A DNA stretch of 20,000 nucleotides from Rhizaria sp. SCN 62-66 (taxonomy: Eukaryota). Positions 8,957 through 17,192 of this stretch are shown in pieces. The stretch covers positions 59,202-79,201 of the forward strand of contig MEDY01000097.1 in NCBI GenBank assembly GCA_001724265.1, given 5' to 3'. Positions within the stretch are counted from its first letter, which is position 1. Each line of letters starts with the position of its first letter. The translations under genes were made by a program, and so were the position numbers. The notes beneath the pieces are model-generated. The model did not search any database. It was not told the origin of the DNA and saw only the letters and a program-made list of their open reading frames with translations.

Positions 8957-11900
8957 ATGTCGCACCGCGGCCAGCCGGCCGTGCAGAACAAGCTTCTGCA
9001 AAAGCACTGGGAAGAGCGCGAGCTCGTCGGCCACCACGACCGTCTCGCCACGATCAAGCCCCAGGTTGACACGACGAACCCGGCGTACAAGAACATGTCT
9101 GCGCAGAAGCACGCCAAGCGCGAGCTCAACCGTGAGCTTGAGCTGCTGCGTATTCAGCGCGACAACACCACTCTCATCACGCGTATCAACCACATCATGA
9201 CCGCAGACGACGTTCTGTCGGCCAACCCGCACGCCGGCACCGTGCGTACGCTGCACGAGCCGCAGCGCCGCCGCGAGGTCCTCAACATCATTCACGAGAA
9301 CGGCAAGATCCTCAAGAGTCTCAACACTGGCAAAGCGATTCTGGACCGCCGCGAATGGAAGAAGCACTCGCGCGAACACGATCAGCTGCGCGCGCGCCTC
9401 CAGGGCGGCTCAATGTACCCCATGCGCGACGCTAACTCCCGTGCCCCCATCACGGGCCCCCGCAGCGCGTACTTAGACGCGCCCCCGCCGCCCATTAAGG
9501 GCGCGTCTTCGACTCAGCAGGGCCAGGGCCAGCAGGGTCAGATGTCGCGCTCGCAGACGCTGGCGCTTACGCACGAGCCCCGCGGCCAGTCCCCCCAGCG
9601 CGGGCAGTCCCCGCAGCGCGGCGGTGGCGGCAACGCAAGCGGCAATGGCAGCGGTGGTTACAAGCCGTTCCGTCCGTTTGAGCTCTCCAAGCCCGGTGCC
9701 CGCACTGCGTACCGCGGCGGTCGCTCCCCGTCGCCGGGCTCGTCCCCGCGCCGCCAGAGCCAGACCGGCGCGGTGTCTCCACGCGATGACGACGCCGCGG
9801 ACGCCGACGCCGAGGCCGTCGTTGTTGACGGACAGGTGCGTGTCCATCCCGCCAATATTCAATATATATCGATGAAATGTCACTTCAATGAAAATTTTAG
9901 GACATTTGTACAACTTTTTTTAAATATTGCTATTTCTTGTCCTGACTTTTTTTCTTTTGTGTTGTTGATATCTATCGTATTTCGCAGGTTCTCGACGGTG
10001 CGGTGCTCTTCTTCGGCCCTGTGTGCCTGCCGTGCGGTGTCAATGCCCAGGTCACTGTGCGCAACGTCAAGTCCGCCCCCGCGCCCACGCCCGCGCCCGC
10101 TCCGGGCTCCTCGTCTCCCTCTAACAACAGCAGCAGCAGCAGCAACAGCAACGGGGGTGACCAGACGTCCAGCAGTAGCAGTATCGGCGCTCCCGCTGAT
10201 GCCGAGCAGCAGCCACCTCAGCAGCCTCAGCAGCGGTCACCGCGCCCTCAAGATGGCACCGACGCTGATGGCAGCGTTTCCCAGTCCCAACCGCAACAAG
10301 ACCAGCAGCCACAACAGGCGCAAGAGCAGGAGCAGGAGGACGGCAGCGAGTCGCTGCTTCTTTCCGTCACTGTCGCCAGCGGCCACAGCACCGCCGACAA
10401 CAGCGACAGCAACCACAACAGCACTGGCCAGTCTGGCGACACCGAGGAGCAGACCGCGGACCTGACCGTGCCTCTTTCCTCGATCCCCACCGTCTTCACG
10501 CCGTCCCTCTGCTCCTCGCTTGCGCTCACGTCCCCGCTCCAGCGCCGCTTCCTCGCCTCTCTGCTTGCCGACCAGCTCGACCTGTTTGAGGGCGCGCTCG
10601 TCTTCCTCTGCCCCGATGCCGCCGCGCTCGCCGACGCGCTTCCGCAGCGCCTCCAGGCCTTTCAGCAGCACGAGGCCGAGCTCGCGGCGGCCCGTGCGGA
10701 GCGCCAGAAGCAGCGCGGGCACCAGCGCCAACAGCAGAAGCAGGCGCGCGCCGCCCAGACCCAGGCCCAAGCCCAGCAGCAGCAACAGCAGCAGAAGGGG
10801 CGCTCGCAGCAGATGCAGCAGACGCGCGGCGGCAGCTCCTCTCCCCGTAAGGGCCGCACTCAGCAGCAACAGCAACAACAGCACAATCAGCCGCCGCTCA
10901 CTGCGTCCGGCGCGCGCCCTCACAACAACAACACCAGCAACAACAACAATAGCGGCGGCCGCTCTCAGCCCACGACGCAGCGGCTGCAGAAGTCCGACTC
11001 GTTTGCCGACAGCTCCTTCGACGAGGCTAGCTACGCCAACGCTTCGCAGAGCAGCTCACGCTCGCGTCTCACCGCGGGCTCGCTGGCGCAGTCGCAGGCG
11101 CAGCTCAGCAGCAAGGGCGACTCTGCTGCTGCTGCTGCTGCCTCTGCGCCGTCTCCGTCTGCGCTGACGCTCTCGGTGACGTGCGCGAATCTGCCGCGGC
11201 GCCGCGCCAACCGCGCCTGCAACCCGCTGGTCGTGCTGTGGCTGCGGACCACTGACGGGGAGTACCTCAACGCGGGCCACTCGGCCGTCGCGCACAGCGT
11301 CGACACGACGACGTTCGGCGGACTCACGCTCAACCTCGACGGCTCGGGCTGGACCATGCGCGTTCCTAGTCATAACAACAACAACGGCGGCGATGAAAAT
11401 GGCAACGGCGACGGCAACGGCAGTGAGGGCGGTGAGACTGGGCTTGCGTACATGGAGCATGAGAACGACTCCGAGCAGTCTCAGCAGTCTCAGCAGTCTC
11501 AGCGTGCGCGCACGGTCTCAATCGCGGACGCGTTTGTCAAGATCAGTGTGTACGACGTGCGCAACGCCTCCCAGATCGCCGACGACGACCTCATATGCTC
11601 CGCGAAGGTGCCGCTCGCACCGCTGGCCGCCGCGCACTGCGCCGCGCACTCGGCCAACGCCGCGCCCGGCGCGCAGGGCGTGCTGGCCTTTGCGCTGCTG
11701 CAGCGCGACGGGGCGCCCGCGGTGTCGGCCGCGTCGGGCGCGCCTGCCACGGTGATGATCGCCGTCACCAAGGCCCCCGCGCCGCCCGCGGGCGCCAAGA
11801 AGTCTGCCGCTGCCGGCGCCGCCGCTGGTAAGCCCGTGGCGTCGAGAGCGCAGCAGGGGAGCAAGCAGCACGCACAGTCGCAGTCGGGGCTGCGCGGCCA

Positions 11901-12192
11901 GACGTCGCACAGCAACATGAGCAGCAGCAGCAACAGCTTGCACAACAACGGCGGCGGCAAGGCGAGTCCTGCGTCGACGCAGCGCAAGGTCCACTCTGAG
12001 TTTCAGTCTCAGCAGCACGAGCAGCCGCAGGAGCTGGCACAGCAGCACTACGAACAGCCAGAGCCCCAGCAGCAGCCCCAGCAGCAGCAACATGAGCAGG
12101 TGAACGGTTTGCCAGAGCAGTCGTACGTGGCCGACGAGTCGGTCGCGCAGCCTGACATTGAACAGCCGCAGTCTGCGCGTGCGCCCGAGTGA
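8957..12192 (+). CDS. CFAP97/KIAA1430 (Hemingway, CFAP97D-like) domain ciliary protein with Gln-rich linkers and a C-terminal C2-like domain, about 1027 aa; join(8957..9835, 9988..12192)
   Basis: The start context is gccgccATG. The N-terminus MSHRGQP..NKLLQKHWEE..HHDRLATIKPQVDTTNP..ELLRIQRDNTTLITRINHIM..RRREVLNIIHENGKILKSL matches my recollection of the CFAP97D pattern. A phase-0 intron joins ORF 8774 to ORF 10003 in frame. C2-like strands are LTLSVTCANL, NPLVVLWL, VKISVYDV and DDLICSAKVPL. Confidence 0.8.
9581..9622 (+). repeat. 18-nt tandem duplication encoding RGQSPQ-RGQSPQ-RG
   Basis: The sequence is cgcggccagtccccccag cgcgggcagtccccgcag cgcggc. Confidence 0.75.
9836..9987 (+). other. 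152-nt AT-rich GT-AG spliceosomal intron
   Basis: The donor is CAG|GTGCGT and the acceptor is a T-rich tract ending tttcgCAG|GTT. GC content drops sharply, and removal restores a continuous reading frame. Confidence 0.93.
10700..10950 (+). repeat. CAG/CAA/AAC trinucleotide-rich coding region (poly-Gln, poly-Asn)
   Basis: Runs such as cagcagcagcaacagcagcag and aacaacaac encode QQQQQQQ and NNNTSNNNN. Confidence 0.7.
11474..11502 (+). repeat. 9-nt tandem repeat (AGCAGTCTC)x3 encoding QSQQSQQSQ
   Basis: Seen directly in the sequence. Confidence 0.75.
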
Positions 12193-12597
12193 AGTGCACG
12201 GTGTCAAGAGCTGAAGCAAGCTCGAAAATAAACGGAATACTAAATCTGGACGAAAGAGAAAAGTGCCGGATAACTGGCCAATGCGGGTCATAGTACTCGC
12301 AAGATTTACAATACATATTGATTTATTACTTGAAAATCTTAACCACACTATTTTTATTTGCATGTATTACTGTATTCATTACATTTCAGGTTGTTTTGTG
12401 TAGTTTTTGAGTCACACCTAGCGATGACTGTGAGCAGTGGGCTCGCTCGACTCGCTCATCAGAGAAGAGCTCCAGCGACCGTACGGAAAACGGAAATAAA
12501 TCAGAACTCCGTCGATAATTATGGATGTTGACGCTATTGCGGGATAGAAAACCAAACGAAGCAAACGATTTGTATTTTATTCATGCTCTGGTGGCAC

Positions 12598-12646
12598 CTT
12601 AACTCACTACGCCCCACTACTTTACCTCCCCTTTTCTCGCCTGCAG
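12598..12646 (+). promoter_or_regulatory. Splice-acceptor-like site upstream of DCAF13
   Basis: The sequence is CTTAACtcactacgccccactactttacctccccttttctcgcctgCAG. A second candidate, cCTAACcgcatcaaCAG, ends at 12713. Confidence 0.55.
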
Positions 12647-12747
12647 ACTCTCTTTTCTTCCGTCCCTTTCCACTCCAAATCACGCATCTGCCCGACCCTA
12701 ACCGCATCAACAGCCCTCGCGCCCCGCTTTCCCCGCCCGCTCGCCCG

Positions 12748-14214
12748 ATGTCCACCCGCAAGCTGAGCGTGTCCGTGATCAACCGCACCGAGGAAGAGTT
12801 CACTCGCGAGCGCGCCCAGGACCACGTCAAAGTGTTCAAGAATGCCGACCCGTCGCTGCACCCGTTCCAGAAGGCGCGCGAGTACACGCGCTCGCTCAAC
12901 GCTGTCAAGCTCGAGAAGATGTTTGCCAAGCCGTTCCTCTACGCGCTCGATGGGCACGCTGACGGCGTCTACAGCATGGCCCGCGTCAATACGTCCCTCG
13001 CGCACATTGTCTCCGGCGACGGCGACGGCGTCGTCAAGCTCTGGCACCTCGGCACGCAGCGCAACCTCTGGACCGGCAGGGCGCACATCGGCCGCGTGCG
13101 CGGCGTGACCACGGACCCGTACGGCGAGTTTGCCTTCTCCTGTGGCGTCGACAAGACGGTCAAGATGTGGGAGGTGAACCGCCGCAAGCTTGTCAACAAC
13201 GCCTCCACCGGTCTGCTGGGGCTCTCCGCGCAGGACGCCGCCGAGTCGGGCCAGGCCGTCGAGGAGGAGGAAGAGGCGGACGACTCGGACATGTACTCCA
13301 AGGGCCGCACGGTGAAGCCACTGAACGTGTTCTTGGGCAAGAACATGTTCTCTGGCATCGACCACCACCGCCAGCAGTCGCAGTTCGCGACGTCGGGCGT
13401 CCAGGTCGACATCTGGGACCACGAGCGTGCCGACCCCGTGCACTCGTTCCAATGGGGCGCGGACTCGGTGCTCACGGTTAAGTACAACCCCATCGACGTC
13501 AACGTGCTGCTGTCGACCGCTGCTGACCGTTCCATCGTGCTCTACGACGTCCGCGCCAAGATGCCCCTGCGCAAGCTGCTGCTGACGAACCTCACGAGCA
13601 GCGTGTCGTGGAACCCCATGGAATCGTTCAACTTTGTCGCCGCAAACGACGACTGCAACCTCTACACTTTCGACATGCGCAAGCTCGACCAGGCCGTGTT
13701 TGTCCACGAAGACCACGTCGCTGCCGTCACGTCCGTCGACTTCGCGCCCACGGGCAAGGAGTTCGTCTCGGGCTCCTGGGACAAGACCGTGCGCATCTGG
13801 TCCGCCGACGCGCCCCGCTCGCGCGACGTCTACCACACCAAGCGCATGCAAAAGGTTTTTTCGGTCCTCGCCTCGCAGGACAACCGTTTCGCGCTGTCCG
13901 GCTCCGACGATACGAACATTCGTCTGTGGAAGATGCGCGCCACGGAGCAGCTGGGCCAGCTCGCGCCGCGCCAGGTTGCCGCGCGCCAGTACCGCGACAA
14001 GCTGCTTGACCGCTACCAGCACGCGCCCGAGGTTGCGCGCATCAAGCGCGACCAACGCCATCTCCCCAAGGCCATCGTGCGCCAGCACAAGGAGCGCCGC
14101 ACCATCCGCGATGCGGCCGCCAAGCGCGAGGATAAGCGCCGCAAGTTCTCCGGTGGCGACAAGGACGAGGTCAAGACGCGCCGTCAGGAGCGCATCATCG
14201 CCGTTATCAAGTGA
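12748..14214 (+). CDS. DCAF13: DDB1- and CUL4-associated factor 13 / Sof1 (WD40 U3 snoRNP, SSU processome protein), 488 aa
   Basis: Conserved signatures are DPSLHPFQKAREYTRSLNAVKLEKMFAKPF, LDGHADGVY, WNPMESFNFVAANDDCNLYTFDMRKL, SRDVYHTKRMQKVF and the Sof1 tail PEVARIKR..HLPKAI. The start is placed at ATG 12748, where homology and GC-rich codon bias begin. Confidence 0.97.
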   Translation: MSTRKLSVSVINRTEEEFTRERAQDHVKVFKNADPSLHPFQKAREYTRSLNAVKLEKMFAKPFLYALDGHADGVYSMARVNTSLAHIVSGDGDGVVKLWHLGTQRNLWTGRAHIGRVRGVTTDPYGEFAFSCGVDKTVKMWEVNRRKLVNNASTGLLGLSAQDAAESGQAVEEEEEADDSDMYSKGRTVKPLNVFLGKNMFSGIDHHRQQSQFATSGVQVDIWDHERADPVHSFQWGADSVLTVKYNPIDVNVLLSTAADRSIVLYDVRAKMPLRKLLLTNLTSSVSWNPMESFNFVAANDDCNLYTFDMRKLDQAVFVHEDHVAAVTSVDFAPTGKEFVSGSWDKTVRIWSADAPRSRDVYHTKRMQKVFSVLASQDNRFALSGSDDTNIRLWKMRATEQLGQLAPRQVAARQYRDKLLDRYQHAPEVARIKRDQRHLPKAIVRQHKERRTIRDAAAKREDKRRKFSGGDKDEVKTRRQERIIAVIK

Positions 14215-14497
14215 ACATACTGTGTACTACACGCGTGCGCAAAGTGTTGTCGTGGGGGGGCCAGGTTGTTCCTTTCAGAGAGGGTCTTAAAGTCTTCATA
14301 ATTTGTTTTCTTTCATACAATTCAATACACTTCCATTTAATATCAAAACTCAAGCCAATGTTTCGTGTTGCAGAATCATGACTTTGTATTTCGTTCTTTA
14401 GATAACTTCATGTGTGTCTCACTGGCCTTCAAGTCGACCATTCTTAGCGACCTCACTGTGCGGATCCAAGTTCGTCAAAATGCGCGCATGTGGGCAC

Positions 14498-16519
14498 TCA
14501 TCCCTTAGTGGCGTTTGCACCGGGCGCGCCGGCACCGCCCGCGCCGCCAGCCTTGGCCGCAATGAGCGCGCGGCCCTGCTCGTTGATGGCGGTGACATAG
14601 CGCTCGCAGAGCTCGTAGATCTCGGACACGCGCTTGCGGTTGCGCGCGTACTCGCCCTGCTGCAGCGTGCGCAGCAGCCCCTCCGTGCCGCGCTCTTCGG
14701 CCAGACGCACGTCCTCCTCGGCCTTGAGGATCTGCGCGCACTGGAAGTCGTGTGCGGCAGAGATGAGTGTCGTCACGGCATCCTTGTCATTGACTAGCGC
14801 AACGACCTCACGGGGCCACGCGCTGGCGGCCATGTCGTCCTTGGCCAGCCGGTCCGTGAGCTCGTGCAGGTGGTCAAGCAGGTCGCGCTCGCACTGCTTC
14901 GCGGCCTCGGTCACCAGCGCGAAACACTTGGCAATGCGGCCCTCGGAGTCCTTACTAAGCTTGGTATACACTTCGACGAACTCGGCGATAACTTGGCTGA
15001 CGTCCTTGACGGTGCGCATCTCGACGTCCATCAGCGCGTCACTCAGCTCCACGGCCGCGCGCTTCAGCGCTACAAGCGAGTCGCGCTGCGGGGCGCGGAA
15101 CACCACCTTCTTGCGGTGCTCGAACGCCTGGATCAAACCGACGAGTTTGTTGGCGTTGGCCGTGACGAGCGCATCCATGGCCGTGCGCATCGCCGTCTCC
15201 TCAACCTGCTTGCGGCGGAACTGCAGCAGCGCGTCTGCCTGGAGCTCGCGCACGACCTCTTCGAACCGCGCGCGGTAGGCGCCGAGCACTTGCACAGTGC
15301 CGGGCAGCGCAGTGAGCTTCGCGAGATCCTTGTCGTGCATGACGATCGAGTCGAACAGCGAGTCAACGCCGTCCATGCCCACGCGGCGCAGCTCCGCGCG
15401 GCGCTGCTCGGCCGTGGCGGCGACGGCAGCGAGCTCGGCCTCCTCCTGCTCCTTGGCGCGCAGCTCAAGCACGTGCTCCATCTTCTTGTCGTAGGCTTCG
15501 CGGACTTGGCGCGGGTCGATAAGCTCGTAGTCGAGATACTTAAGCTGGTCCACAAAGGCCAGCACCGTGTGGCGGCAGTCGTCCTGCGCGCACACGGGGT
15601 TGCCCTTGAGCGTGAGCACACGGAGCGCGCGGAAGCGGCGGAGCTGCTTGAGCTGCTCCAAATCGCTGATCTCGTTGTTACCGACCGAGAGCACAGTCAG
15701 GTTAGTTAGCTTAGAGAGACCGGTGCCCAGGGTCTTGATGCGGTTGTTGAACAGCGAGAGATCGGTGAGCTGCGTGAGCTTGTCCAGCCCTTCGATCGAG
15801 GTGATGAAGTTGAACGACAGGTCAAGCCAGCGCAGATTCACCAAGTGCTCGAGGTTCTGGATGCGCTCGATGACGTTGTTGTCGAGTTGCAGCTTCACCA
15901 GCGCCTCAAAACCGTGCAGGTTGTTGATGCAGTCGATGGAGCGGAACGACAGGATCAACGTCGTCACTTCGCGCAGGTTGATCGTGCCGGGCTCCGGCAC
16001 GTAGATGCGATCGTAGTCGGCAAACAGCTCCTCGCGAACGGCCTCGCGGATCATCGCTTCGTCGATCACGCGCCGCTGCACCAGCCAGCGCTTGTCGCGC
16101 AGGGCTGCGTCACCCTCCAGTGCCGCGTCCGCAGCGCTCTTGGCGGCGGTGGCCGAGGACGCGCCCGCGCCTGAGCCTGAGCCTGAGGCGTTGGCGGCGC
16201 GACGAGCGCGGGCGCGGGCGCGCGCGGCGCGGCGGGAGCGCGGGCCGCGGGCATGGGCGCCGTTGCCGTCGGCGTCGTGGTCAGCGCTGTCGCCGTGCGC
16301 GCCGCTGCCATCGTGATCGTAGTCGTCCTCGTCGTCGCCGTCGTAATAATCTTCATCATCATCATCGTCGTCATCGTCTTCGTCGTCGCTCAGCAACTCG
16401 TCGTCCTCTTCGCCGTTGTGCGCATAGCCGCCGTCGGGGTCGTTGCCGCCAGCGCCACCGCCGCTGCCGCGGTTCCACTTGTTGGCGCTCCCGCTGTCGC
16501 CGTCAGCTCGCAGAGACAT
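14498..16519 (-). CDS. DRC3: Dynein regulatory complex subunit 3 (LRRC48), 673 aa, with an acidic N-terminal extension
   Basis: The LRRs LVKLQLDNNVIERIQNLEHLVNLRWLDLSFNFITSIEGLDKLTQLTDLSLFNNRI, LRRFRALRVLTLKGNP and LKYLDYELID, the helical C-terminal region and the terminal RNRKRVSEI match DRC3. The first ATG (caccATG) is at 16519; the ORF-track start is a GTG. Confidence 0.93.
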   Translation of the reverse strand: MSLRADGDSGSANKWNRGSGGGAGGNDPDGGYAHNGEEDDELLSDDEDDDDDDDDEDYYDGDDEDDYDHDGSGAHGDSADHDADGNGAHARGPRSRRAARARARARRAANASGSGSGAGASSATAAKSAADAALEGDAALRDKRWLVQRRVIDEAMIREAVREELFADYDRIYVPEPGTINLREVTTLILSFRSIDCINNLHGFEALVKLQLDNNVIERIQNLEHLVNLRWLDLSFNFITSIEGLDKLTQLTDLSLFNNRIKTLGTGLSKLTNLTVLSVGNNEISDLEQLKQLRRFRALRVLTLKGNPVCAQDDCRHTVLAFVDQLKYLDYELIDPRQVREAYDKKMEHVLELRAKEQEEAELAAVAATAEQRRAELRRVGMDGVDSLFDSIVMHDKDLAKLTALPGTVQVLGAYRARFEEVVRELQADALLQFRRKQVEETAMRTAMDALVTANANKLVGLIQAFEHRKKVVFRAPQRDSLVALKRAAVELSDALMDVEMRTVKDVSQVIAEFVEVYTKLSKDSEGRIAKCFALVTEAAKQCERDLLDHLHELTDRLAKDDMAASAWPREVVALVNDKDAVTTLISAAHDFQCAQILKAEEDVRLAEERGTEGLLRTLQQGEYARNRKRVSEIYELCERYVTAINEQGRALIAAKAGGAGGAGAPGANATKG

Positions 16520-16528
16520 GGTGAGCTT

Positions 16529-16576
16529 CTGCACTCAAGAAACAAGACAGGCAAGAGGGGGAGCAAAGACTTAGCA
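16529..16576 (-). promoter_or_regulatory. Splice-acceptor-like site 9 nt upstream of the DRC3 ATG
   Basis: The minus strand reads tGCTAAgtctttgctccccctcttgcctgtcttgtttcttgagtgCAG|aagctcaccATG. Confidence 0.6.
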
Positions 16577-16972
16577 ATCATGAGAGGATGACACTTTTAT
16601 GAGAATGCGAAAATTGATTCTATACAAAAAGCATGCTGGTTATATCATATTACAAGGAAATAGTAAAGTGACGTTGTTATTCCTGTTTCCCAGGTCATCA
16701 AACTCAGGGAAGTAACCGTTTCAAGCTGTCCTGCTCTGCTTTTTTCGCGAACCGCGAGACCCAACGGCCAGCAGCGAAGCGAGCGAGAGAGCGGTGGACC
16801 CGCAGGTTTTGAACTTCGACGACCCCGTGACGAATCAGCCTATCGTTGAATAACTTCATGGCACCATCACGGTTTATTTGCCCTACGATAGATTTGTTAT
16901 TTTATTTTCATTTTGTCACCGTGCTACTTCATGGCCTCTGTACCTGCACCTGCGACAAGCCGATTTCTCACT

Positions 16973-17019
16973 CTAACAGCTATCTTCTTTCCCTTGCCTT
17001 GCTCTGTCGTCTTCCACAG
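16973..17019 (+). promoter_or_regulatory. Splice-acceptor-like site upstream of CRNKL1
   Basis: The sequence is CTAACagctatcttctttcccttgccttgctctgtcgtcttccaCAG. Confidence 0.6.
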
Positions 17020-17192
17020 CCCTTTCCATCGCGTTCTTGCCTATTATAGGACAGTTGTTAACGCGCTTCAACTAACTTGTCGCGCTCTCACCACCACGCA
17101 CGCACGCTGCCCCCTGCCGCGTCGCTGCCCCCCCTTCCTAACCGGACACCACTGAGAAGCTCCGCCCTTCGGCGCTGTCTGCTCGACCACCC

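Noticed and set aside
8774-10465. ORF-track 563-aa protein and a separate 729-aa protein at 10003
   Set aside because: They are better explained as one gene. The first ORF reads through an intron, and its TTG start precedes the real ATG at 8957.
12583-12747. 55-aa N-terminal extension of DCAF13 from ATG 12583
   Set aside because: The region is pyrimidine-rich and UTR-like with no homology, and this ATG lies upstream of the acceptor-like site.
12622-14088. 488-aa antisense ORF over DCAF13, and similar ones at 17088-18260, 18363-19631, 4519-5562 and 5391-6467
   Set aside because: These are shadow ORFs expected from high GC and strong codon bias. They have no recognisable motifs and lie opposite clearly conserved genes.
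16670-16720. RFX X-box upstream of the ciliary genes
   Set aside because: Only half-site-like words (GTAAC, GTTTCC) are present, with no match to the full palindromic consensus.
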